From Eledone cirrhosa (lineage: Eukaryota): a DNA stretch of 64,000 nucleotides. The notes under the pieces were generated by a model. That model did no database searches. It saw only the letters and a list, made by a program, of their open reading frames with translations, and was not told where the DNA came from. Numbering within the stretch: the stretch's first letter is position 1; each line of letters opens with the position of its first letter. Below are positions 53,871 through 64,000 of this stretch, piece by piece. Location of the stretch: contig OZ024740.1 of the NCBI GenBank assembly GCA_964016885.1, positions 363,072,001 to 363,136,000 of the forward strand, in the 5' to 3' direction. A program made the position numbers and the translations under genes.

Positions 53871-55931
53871 TCAGAAGTTCCCGCGTCTTGCGACGCATGA
53901 GGCAATCATAGTGTCCCATCGCGTTCGGTCAGCAGCCAGTTGCACAGCGTCCCGCCATTGTCTGTTTGTCGCTCGCAGGTCCCTCTCAACTGTCTGGCGC
54001 CAGTTCATATTGGGTGGCCCTCTCCGTTTGCTTCCTTGCGGGCTCCATTTAAGTACTTGGTTCGCCAGTCTCTCCGGAGGAAGTCTCAAAGCGTGTCCAA
54101 ACCAGCCCAGGCGTCGCTTGCAGATGGTAGAAGAGACTAGCTGCTGGTTGGTGCGGTTCCTGACTTCCTGGTTTGTTACATGGTCACTCCATTTAATCCT
54201 CAGGATCTTTCGTAGACACCTGGAATCGAATGCGTCCAACTTCTTCTCTTGGCTGGTCTTAAGGTGCAATGTTTCACTTCCGTACAAAAGTGTGGACAGC
54301 ACGTTGCTGTTGTAGAATCTCATCTTTGTTTTGAGGGTGAACTTCCTTCTCTTCCAGATCTTGTCAAGCTGGTTAAATGCTGGTGAAGCCTTTCCCATTC
54401 TACATTGCAGTTCACTGTCCATGGTGCCCTCATTGTTAATGGAGCTTCCTAGGTAGGTGAAGTTGTCCACTATCTCCACCTCCCCTTGTTTAATGAAGAC
54501 ACTGGTTGGTGGTGGGTGTGTCCCAGATAACATGCTTTTGGTCTTCTTGGCACTGATATTGAGACCTAAGCTTCCTGCTTCGACATTGATATTGTTCACA
54601 ATGTTTTGCAGGTCAGCTGTGCTCTCTGCAAGTGCAGCAATATCGTCCGCAAAGTCCAGGTCAGACAACTTTTGCTCTCCCACCCAAGATATACTCTGGT
54701 CTTTAGACGCTCTTCTTAGTACCCAGTCAATGGCTATGGGAAAGAGAATTGGAGAGAGCGAGCAACCTTGACGCACGCCAGTAACCACCCCAAACCAGTC
54801 ACTGTAACCATCCTCTGTCCGTATGCAACACTTGGAGTTTGCATAAATCTGTTTGATTGCCGAAATGACTTTCTGGGGCAGACCATACTCATGCATGATG
54901 CTCCAGAGTGACGGTCGATGAATGCTATCGAATGCTTTGGAGAAATCGATGAAGCTGGTGGCGAGGGGCCTCTGGAATTCGTTGTACCTCTCAATGATGC
55001 GGCGTAACGTAAAGATCTGCTCTGCACAGGAACGTTTTGGTCGGAACCCTGCCTGTTGTTCTCGCAGTTCCCGGTCTACCATGCCACGTATGCGGTTCAG
55101 GATCACCAGACAATAGACCTTCCCTAGTATGGAGAGAAGTGTCACTCCCCTCCAGTTGTCACAATCGGCAAGGTTGCCCTTCTTGAGGATACAGACAACC
55201 GCTCCGTTTCTCCAGTCTTCTGGGACTTCACCCGTGTTCCACACAAGATTACATAAGTGGCCCATCCACTTGACCATGCTTTCGCCTCTTGACTTCAGCA
55301 TTTCAGCAGAAATGCCATCCATACCTGGTGACTTGTTATTCTTAAGGGTTTTGATGGTCATGCGGACTTCCTTCTCGGTGAAGTCATCAGTATTGATAGG
55401 TAACAAACTAGTAGGTTCCCTAGTGTCTGCTGGCATACGTGGCTCCGGTCGGTTGAGGACTTCCTTGAAATGTTCAGCCCATCTGACTAACTTTTCTTCA
55501 CCCTTGGAAAGCAGCGTACCATCTTTCGCTTTCACCAGGCCTGAGTTAGCTCTAGAGCTGCCGGTGATTTTCTTGGCAATTTGGTACACAGAGCGCATGT
55601 CATTGCGTGCCGCAGCTGCTTCTGCCTCCTCTGCCTTACTCTCAAGCCACATTCGTTTGTCCCTTTGGGCGCTGCGTTTCACCTCCTTGTCCTTCTCAAC
55701 ATACTGCTGATATACTTTGATGGCCTCTGGGGTAGTGGCATGCCTCTGCTTATGTAGGGCTTTCCTTTCATTAATCAGCTGCCAGGTGTTGTCGCTGACC
55801 CAAGCTTCTCTGAGGGACTTCCTGTAACCCAGGATTTCTTCCCCTGCAGCTTCCATGGTCTTCTTCATTTCCTCCCACCAATTGACCGAGCCTGGTGCAG
55901 ACTCCTCAAGGAGAGCAAATCTGTTCCTCAA
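53871..55931 (-). CDS. RTE reverse transcriptase (C-terminal part of a disrupted ORF)
   Basis: KSPGMDGISAEML, NWRGVTLLS, QAGFR, FIDFSKAFDSI, GVRQGCSLSP, LDFADD, FTYLGS, RRLGWFGH. Confidence 0.88.
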   Translation of the reverse strand: MRNRFALLEESAPGSVNWWEEMKKTMEAAGEEILGYRKSLREAWVSDNTWQLINERKALHKQRHATTPEAIKVYQQYVEKDKEVKRSAQRDKRMWLESKAEEAEAAAARNDMRSVYQIAKKITGSSRANSGLVKAKDGTLLSKGEEKLVRWAEHFKEVLNRPEPRMPADTREPTSLLPINTDDFTEKEVRMTIKTLKNNKSPGMDGISAEMLKSRGESMVKWMGHLCNLVWNTGEVPEDWRNGAVVCILKKGNLADCDNWRGVTLLSILGKVYCLVILNRIRGMVDRELREQQAGFRPKRSCAEQIFTLRRIIERYNEFQRPLATSFIDFSKAFDSIHRPSLWSIMHEYGLPQKVISAIKQIYANSKCCIRTEDGYSDWFGVVTGVRQGCSLSPILFPIAIDWVLRRASKDQSISWVGEQKLSDLDFADDIAALAESTADLQNIVNNINVEAGSLGLNISAKKTKSMLSGTHPPPTSVFIKQGEVEIVDNFTYLGSSINNEGTMDSELQCRMGKASPAFNQLDKIWKRRKFTLKTKMRFYNSNVLSTLLYGSETLHLKTSQEKKLDAFDSRCLRKILRIKWSDHVTNQEVRNRTNQQLVSSTICKRRLGWFGHALRLPPERLANQVLKWSPQGSKRRGPPNMNWRQTVERDLRATNRQWRDAVQLAADRTRWDTMIASCVARRGNF

Positions 55932-56022
55932 AGCAGCCTCAAACTGTGCTTCTGTGTCACTGTTCTTCAGCTTGGTAGTGCCTTGTAGTGTGTGCTTTCT
56001 TCTTCTGCTTCCTCAGTCTGAT

Positions 56023-56790
56023 TTAAAGTTTGGTAACAGACAGATAGTGGTCACTGCAGACATCTGCGCCTCGGTAGACTCGGACGTCCTGCAGGCAAGG
56101 AGTTCTCCAACTTGGGCCAATTTCAATGTGGTCTATTTGCGTCTTGGTCCTGTGGTCGTTCGAAGCCCATGTGACCTTGTGGATGTTCTTGTGGTCAAAT
56201 AGTGACGAGCCGATTTTCATATTGTTCATGGCACAGAACTGGACAAACCTGTCCCCGTTGTCCGTGCGGTTTCCATAAGCATGGGGGCCAAGGACATGTT
56301 CAAAGCCAACTCTGCTTCCCCCGATCTGTGCGTTCATGTCTCACATGATGATCAGGATGTCATGACGTGGGGTTTTGTTGACATCTTGTAGTTGCTGGTA
56401 GAAAGCGTCCTTGTCATCGTCGTTATGTTCGTTGGTTGGAGCATAGCACTGAGCTATGGTGACCTTTGCATGTGATGTGGTGAATCTTGCTGTCATTAGG
56501 CGTTCGTTGATAGGAGTCCACTCCTCAAGGGCACTACTGGCAGCCCTGTCCATGATGATTGCAACTCCATCTCAGTGGGTCCCGTTCTGACGGCCTGAGA
56601 ACAGGATGGTCTTGTTTTCATGGACAAACTTCCCAGAGTCAGTCCAGCGGACATCGCTGAGGCCTAGGATGTTAATTTTGTAGGCCTACATTTCTCCGAT
56701 AACTTGCGCAAGTTTGGATGGTTGGTACAGAGTTCTTATGTTCCAATATCCGATACGTGTGGTTGTTTTTGCAAACAAAATTCTGGTCCT
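56023..56790 (-). pseudogene. RTE apurinic-like endonuclease domain, broken by stops/frameshifts
   Basis: IGYWNIRTL, QCYAPTN, NAQIG, TQIDHI and SDHY fragments across several ORFs. Confidence 0.85.
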
Positions 56791-58902
56791 CAGGATGTCG
56801 GCTTCCTCATCGAGACTTTCGCCGACACCCGTCACACAATCCCCGGTTAGAGACAACCGTTCTCTTGACTGCTTGGAATTTGAATCTGTTGCACTATGAA
56901 TTGTTTTCGTAGCAGGAGAGTTTTTCCGGGAACAGGTCGCTGACCTGAAGCCCAACCACTGACATTTAGTAAAGAGACAGTAAGTGGAGTAGTCTCTGGT
57001 AGAACTGCAAACCGATGGCCACGGAATATGGTGTGGGTCGCCTTCAGTCCTGGACCAGTGCCGAGGGAGGATTTCCTTCTGCTTTAACCAGTGGCTTCCT
57101 TGTTGAAGCTCATACACCTAGTGGTGCCGTGTCAACACCACCCCTCACGTGGTTCAGTCCACCAGCTGAAGCGGTGTGCCGGGGCATGGCACTTGGATCC
57201 ACACGTGAGAGATTTAGGGGATGGGTGGGGGCCGGTGATGACTGACCACCCTACCAGTTAGGGTGCAGCTGTCAACCATCAAGGGTACTACCCCTGCCCA
57301 AACCCCCTATGCCCCAGTCAAGTACTGGTATTCATTTAATCAACTTTGCTCTTCCAACAAATATGCTAACCTTATGCCTAAATTAAAAATCAATATTAAG
57401 CACAAACATTTTAAAATGAGGAGTATTATATACTTAACTTAGGGAGTGTTCGGTTGGTTAGTTTCAACAGGGTCAACAAGCATAGTGTGCGCAAATTAAA
57501 AACAAAGTGTGGAAATTTATACGATAATAAAAATATGTGCGCACTGAATGTGTAATAAGTCTAATTATTAATTACTCCAAATAACCTTTTGTACACACAT
57601 TAATTTCTTGCGTTCTTATCAATTAATTGTGGACTCATCAATTCCTTTTTCTGCGCAAGTTGCACAAAAGAAATTAACTTTTTTTTTTATACGACATATA
57701 TATAGTGATGTAATGAATCGGTTTATCGATCTGAGAGTCAGGCAACTAGCCGAAGAAGAATGTTTATATCCTGTCACCAGCCTTACTTTGTGCCCATAAG
57801 GAAGATTCTTAAATACTATCGAAATAGTACAGTAAAACCTTATGAGATCGTTTAAGCAGAACACGCCTCTGTAATCCGTGAAAATACTTGTGTTGGATCT
57901 CCATTAAAAAGTAGCTAGAGATGCCTGTGAGAAACCGAACCTCATATCTCGTGGATACTGGGTGAGTGCGTTAATCACTAAGTCAAAGAACAGCTGGACA
58001 TAATCCGTCATTCTAGAAGAGTTTAAGAATGTAGCTGGTAGTCTAAACAAGTCCGTTGGCTTAAGAATCGCTTGGAAAATTGAAAATAGCGTCATAGTTA
58101 AATCACCCACACGACATCCGAGACATGCGGGTTCAATTCCTCACATGCGTCTCTGTCCAATTTTTTCCATCTCTAGTTGTAATTTATCCGATTTCCCCAA
58201 CTATTATTTAAAGTGATCGCCTATAATTATGGTCATTCGAGTTTGGACGCACACATTACAAATATATATATATATGTATGTCAGTTCACCAGTTGGTGCT
58301 ATTGGTAACATGTATTCCAGTACAACCTGACTCATGGTCGGGTCGTTGGCGACTAAACTGGCAACCCCACCAAGGTTTCTTGGTGAGGAGGGTGACTTTG
58401 GACATCCTGCAGGAATAAAAACAAAACCTGTCAAAGGGCAAAGGAGCTCTTAAGAATCAATGGCCATCCAAAATCACCGGGAGAGATGACTCCTTAGCCT
58501 TTGTCAAGGCAGAATTCTAGGAGAAGGAAAACTCTTGATATAACACCTGCAACCCTGATGGTATCCAATGATGTTGACTTGTTCTTCTTTTTCGTAAATA
58601 TCATCCTGGTTAAGAGAGTGGGACTGGCTTTGTGCAGTGCCTTTGCTCACTATAAAAGCTTCACGGCACAAGCATTGCTTTATATCTGGAGATCTCTCTG
58701 CACTTGTCGTCACATCGTACCATGGGCCCAGCACTATGTGTCAATAATTGTCACAAGTGTAGTGTTTGTACCAGAGTTTTCAAGTCGCTGGCTGGACTAA
58801 AATGTCACACTCGTTCAGCGCATCGGTGGGGGTTCTCCTACGTGGATATAAAGTAGTGACCGTACTCGAAAACGAGTTGGCAGCCACCATATATATTCTA
58901 TT

Positions 58903-59135
58903 CTAAGGCGGGTAAAATTCCCGAGTTCCATGGACGAGTTCTCTCCAGCGGTCTCTGTCCCTCATTATCGCTGCCATGTCCTGCGTCTCCAATAGACCAG
59001 TGTCTGTCCTTAGGGCATCAACATACGTTAACCTTGGTCTTCCTCTTCTAGTGTGTCCATGTAGGGGCTCCCAAAGGAGCACTGAGTGCAATGTCAACTC
59101 TGGATGTCGGTGAGCATGTCCAGCTAACCTCAAAT
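58903..59135 (-). mobile_element. 3' fragment of another RTE-type LINE
   Basis: LRLAGHAHRH..LLWEP..RRGRPRLTYVD..DRDRWR. Confidence 0.7.
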
Positions 59136-59139
59136 TGTC

Positions 59140-60802
59140 ATCTTTTTGTGATCCCCAGATTCCATCATCAGCAGCACATCTTCGTCCAAGCAAAAGACAT
59201 ACACCTGCATAGCAAAAGCAAGACCTCACATCCTGATAAAATATCAACATAGGACATAACCAGTATATGATTGCCAGAGAACCGCATCTGTTGAAGCCTA
59301 TACTACACATTCGAAGGTGACAAAACTACGGAAGTGGTGGTATTTCATTAGCGCAATCTTGACACCCCATCAGCCACAGTGATATATATGCTGCTTAGAC
59401 GTAAGTAGTGCTAGAAAAACAACACAGGACACCAAAGATGCACGAATAGAATGAAAGACGAGAAGATCGCAAAAGAGGCATCTGCACATCATTTAATTAT
59501 AGTGACAACATTTCTAAAACAAGGGTACAACTTTCTAAGTCTCAGTTATTATTATCAGGTGACAAACCAAAGCAAGATGTCCAGCAATTACGTAAACTGC
59601 AGGTTTCACTTCAGTGTTTTCCTCCCTTAGAAGGATGCCGTAACAGCTCGGAGTCCTTCACCCCTAGGGCATACTGCACGCCATGCCAACAACCATAGGA
59701 ATTTCAAAGATACTCCCTGTATGATAATCAAAAACTCACACCCAGGGAAATTGCCCAGCCATACCGCAGCGAATCCATGGATGTAAAACTGCATCCTTAT
59801 CAGCAAAAATTCATGCATGGATATGTTGCCAGGAAGCTCCAAGGTGAGAGTAATATAGATAAGCAAAGTAGTCTATCTTGGACCAACAACCGCTATATTG
59901 GTTCTCACTTTGAAGGATATACTTTTCGATCCAAGAACAGGAAATCAACACAAAATACCTGATTCACAAGAGATAGGGATGCAGGCAAAACACCTAGATA
60001 TGATAACAAGTGCAGACTCTGCAGAATTAACATCGAAGATATCATGACATAAGCAGCTGTACAAAGATGTCATCACGGTACTATCTACCTATGAGGCATG
60101 GTGTAGTGGCCAAAACACTGTACGATGCAATCCTTAGAAATGATAGCCGCGACAATAAACGCATCAAAAGCTGCAGCAGTGTGGAAGACATACACACACA
60201 TAATATGAAAGAGTACTGGTGGAATGTTCCAGTAAAAACCCCCATAAAATGCAGGCATAACAGACCAGATATAATGATATGGGACAGAGAAAAGAAAGCA
60301 GGCACAGTAGTGGAAGTTAGCTGCCCAGCAGATGCCAATATAATATTAAAGATTAACGAAAAGGAAAATATCTATGCAGAACTAATGAGAAATCTACAGA
60401 TACTCCACCCTGACTATACCTTCAGATTTATACCTGTGATTATTGGGGCACTGGGATATGTTAGTAACTGCCTCAATACAAATCTTGAGAAGCTAGGCTT
60501 CACAGAAACAAAAAGAACACGATTAGTTAGGAAACTACAAGTACAATCAAAGTAAATGTATGTAAAAATTCCAAAAATTCTGCATCTAATAACTCCATGT
60601 ACCCATGAACAGATACAAACCATATACACATGCACAAATATAACTCAAAACATACACCTCCACACATACAATAACATCCATACCTACATACACATGCATA
60701 CTATCTGTCTAGTTGATGCATAAATTCTAATGAGAAGCCTTGTATCTATGTTAGAAACCGAGTCTCTCTATTGGTAAAGATTTGTGAAATTATAAAACCA
60801 GA
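59140..60802 (+). mobile_element. Degenerate 5'-truncated REL-endonuclease non-LTR element (R4/Dong/NeSL-like) ending at (ACAT)n
   Basis: KCRLC zinc-knuckle remnant near 60008. ORF 60067-60555 has RH..V, NRPDI, VEVSCP, K..Y..L, PVIIGALG. Confidence 0.8.
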
Positions 60803-60873
60803 ACATACATACATACATACATACATACATACATACATACATACATACATACATACATACATACATACATACA

Positions 60874-60905
<32 letters not shown>
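60803..60905. repeat. (ACAT)n microsatellite
   Basis: Direct inspection. Confidence 0.95.
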
Positions 60906-61044
60906 CACCTACATACATACGTGTATGTATATATCACCTATATAGCAATAAACTGACTGATTACGGCTATATATATAAATAAATGTGTGTGCATGTCTGC
61001 GTGTGTATAGGCGTGTGTATATGCATGTGTGTGAGTGTGTGCGC

Positions 61045-61125
<81 letters not shown>

Positions 61126-61329
61126 CGCGTGTATGTGTGTAAGAAATTTCAACAAGGCCGAATATCGTATGTGAACAATACAGTACAATATTACTTTATT
61201 GGTTGATACACAGTGTTACTCACTTATTTGGCAACATTTGCATGAATTTATTAAAAGAGGCATAAATCATGAACGATGAGCTTTTTGAACAATCTTGTAA
61301 CTCTTCTTGACGCATCTACTCAATGAATG

Positions 61330-62250
61330 CGCCGTTAGGTTCGATAATTTCTTTAGTACGAGGTCTGAAACGTTGACATACCTGAAACGGATGATCAATT
61401 TTGGACATTGTGCTAGTTATGGCAAATTTCAGAGATATTATAGTGTCATAGGAGCATTGATTGACTTCTCTATCGACTATGCCCTATACATAGTAGTCCA
61501 ACGGATTCAAGTCTCGATAGCTAGGGAGCCTTATGATTGAGGTGACGTGATCGTGGAGATTATAACTCTTCAAATGTTTGTGTTGTCATGATGCCATGAG
61601 ACGGCCCTGATTCTTGTTGGTAGGTGTATGGTCTTCCTTTGCTCACGTTCAATATGCAACACCCTTCAACCCTCTTCAACACCTCCTTATAGTCAGCAGG
61701 AAAGAAGTGAAGAGGCATGACATCCCCCTCGTTGTCCACAACCTCCAAAACCATCACAGTTGCCAGAAACTTTGTACAGATGACCGTTGGAATGTATTTA
61801 GGGTTTCTGCATAACCACCTGTCATTCCTTTGGTTGACCTTTTGTTCCTGATCAAATTTTTGTCAGTAGAGTAAAACTATAGCATTCCAGGCTCTTGATG
61901 TTTAATGTGGCCCAACTAGCTTTTTTGCCCAAATCAGACGGTTATCCTTTGTCTTTGTAGACATAATTGGCTTCTCCACATATGACTTATATAGTGTACC
62001 TTGAAGCCATGAACTCCTTGGCAATGGCGCTAATTGTCTTTTGGGACTTCTTATCGATAATATCATGCACCTTTCGTACAAATATTGGTGTTCTTGTGGT
62101 ATCGGGACTCTTAGCAGGCGTTTTGTGTTTGGCTACTTCTGTAGAATCGCCGACAGCGACCTCAAGCATTTTGAGAACTTTGGCAACAAACGACCGTACA
62201 ACTTTCAGGAAGCGGACAATCTCTAAATCCCGATGCTCTGGCATTAAAGT
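61330..62250 (-). mobile_element. Tc1/mariner (maT-like) transposase remnant
   Basis: Fragments EIVRFLKV.RSFV.KV (HTH-like), IAKE..SR.TI and MVL.VV.NEGDVMP.HFF..Y.EVL..YTYQQESGPSH. Confidence 0.7.
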
Positions 62251-62258
62251 AACAACTA

Positions 62259-62600
62259 CTACTTTGACGTTGCAGACTGCGCATCAATATGAGATATTTT
62301 TCTCCACAAAATTCGATCACCAACAGCAGAGTTTAAAGAGAAAAGATCAAGTACAGTCCATAGGTTGACATTATCAAGCCATCGTTTTGGCTCCCGGCCT
62401 CTGCTTCTCTTACCAGCCAACCTTCCTTCCAGGAATAACCTACTCACACCACGAATTCATCTTTTTATATGACCGTATAGTTAGAGTACTCTGGACGTGA
62501 CAGTTGATGTAATTGGTCTGAGTTTGGTAATGTTGAGAAGCTCAATGATACAGATGCGGTCACTGAGCCGCTTGCTAGTCATAAGTCTCATGATGTGGCT
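62259..62600 (-). mobile_element. RTE LINE 3' remnant
   Basis: LEGRLAGKRSRGREPKRWLDNV. Confidence 0.6.
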
Positions 62601-63216
62601 CAGGAATGTAGAGAGCTTCTGAAGTGTCTTTGTCGTCCAATTAACACAACTGGTAGGTTGTAAGAATCGATGATCTTAGCCTTCAAATGATAGTAAACAC
62701 GTTTTGATATTAATACTTGCTTGTAACGACTCAGAATGTATTTTCATTTGCTTATTTAGCTTGATGTCTTCCTTCATTTATCTGAATAGAAATGATAATC
62801 AGAATAAGTTAGAAAAAGGTTAGAGATATTAAAAGACATATCCTCAAAGAACTGAGCTACCCTGTGGTTAGAAAAGAGTCTTAACTTTTCGGACACTCAA
62901 CACTCATCGAAAGACAGGTAGAGAGAAATCAGGGGGATGTTTTGGAGAGAGAAACGCCCACAAGCGCATGCATAAATGTGCATATATACATATATATAAA
63001 TACGCATACACGCATATATACACATATACGCACATGCATAGTATAAATGTTTGGAGACGGGAATAGTGGTATATGAGGTGTAGAAGTGGCTGTGGAATGA
63101 GATGTAAGCGTGTATGATACAACAGTGTGTCGGAGTGTGGGTGTATGCATGTGTCTGTATCCTAAATCCTGTCTGTTGTGTGATTAGGCATGTTAGTATT
63201 ATGTGTGTGCAAAGGC

Positions 63217-63279
<63 letters not shown>

Positions 63280-63296
63280 GGGTCATATATAAAGAT

Positions 63297-63487
63297 AATT
63301 GTTTCAACTTTTGGCACAAGGCCAGCAATTACCCAGTACATTACTGGTACTTTATTTTATCGACCCCGTAAGGATATAAGGCAAAGTTAACCTCGGCGCG
63401 ATTTGAACTCAGAATGGCAAGGGGCGTAACTCTTTGCTGCAAAGCATGGCGTCCGACCCTCTACCGATACTGCCAATCCACCGCCGT
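63297..63487 (-). mobile_element. SINE, same subfamily as 37021-37210
   Basis: TTTTGGCACAAGGCCAGC..GGCAAAGTTAACCTCGGC..TACTGCCAATCCACCGCC. Flanked by the direct repeat GTCATATATAAAGATAAT. Confidence 0.75.
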
Positions 63488-64000
63488 CATATATAAAGAT
63501 AATGTGTGCGTATGTGAATTTGTGTGTGTGTTAGTGTGGTTTAGGCGTGTGTATAGGAGCTGAGCAAATCTGCGTGATGGTTGGTTGCGTACACACATGT
63601 GTGTGTGAGCGTATGTGAGCGTGTGTGTGTGTTTGTGTGTGTTGAGTCATACATAAAGATAATGTGTGCGTATGTGAATTTGTGTGTGTGTGTGTGTTAG
63701 TATGGTTTAGGCGTGTGTATAGGAACTGAGAAAATCTGCGTGATGGTTGGATGCGTATAGAAATGTGTGTATGTGTGAGCATGTGTGTGTACGTGTGTGT
63801 GCGCGCGCGTGCGTGTTTGTGCGCATGAAAGTATATGGATGTTAGAGAAATGTGGTGCAGAGTAAAGATTATCCAAGAAGGTGGTTGCAAGTCGAAATTC
63901 TAGCTTAGTCCTGAAGCGAGTGGTTGGTGGTAGATTGTGTGAGATGAGGTTGGAAACAGAGGAGTTGGGTGGAATGGTTGGTGATCAGAAGTGATCGAGT

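Larger units (their letters stand above)
53858..57312 (-). mobile_element. Near-full-length RTE-clade LINE with 12-bp TSD and (TCTGAG)n tail
   Basis: TSD CCCAGTCAAGTA at 53846-53857 and 57313-57324. APE + RT coding sequence; GC-rich 5' UTR. Confidence 0.9.
53738..57397 (+). mobile_element. SINE split by the RTE insertion (halves 53738-53857 and 57313-57397)
   Basis: TTAGCAGAATT..GATCAACTTTGCCTTT on the left continues as CCAGTCAAGTACTGG..TATGCCTAAATTAAAAATC on the right. Confidence 0.6.

Overview
Eukaryotic, AT-rich, repeat-dominated DNA with no recognisable host gene. The SINE and microsatellite make-up looks cephalopod/octopus-like (inference). The first ~51 kb is a nest of insertions into expanded (AT)n microsatellites. 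It holds a ~2.4-copy tandem array of an autonomous Penelope-like retroelement (RT + C-terminal GIY-YIG, Naiad-like; one intact ORF) and at least six families of short non-coding elements. Four of these form tandem units of ~430-590 bp; the others are fragments. Each family carries a type I hammerhead ribozyme (HHR) motif readable by eye, usually with a palindromic stem III (only the 3' half survives in one family). Most insertions share one architecture: tandem copies plus an inverted arm, with both outer ends being sense 3' ends fused to (AT)n. Three families share an octamer + PSE-like module just upstream of the ribozyme, and in those three an arm begins 1-2 nt after the predicted cleavage site. 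The remainder contains a CR1/L2-like LINE fragment, a near-full-length RTE LINE with TSD nested in a SINE, an R4/NeSL-type REL element fragment, a Tc1/mariner remnant, SINEs and simple repeats. The long Ile/Tyr ORFs are microsatellite artefacts.
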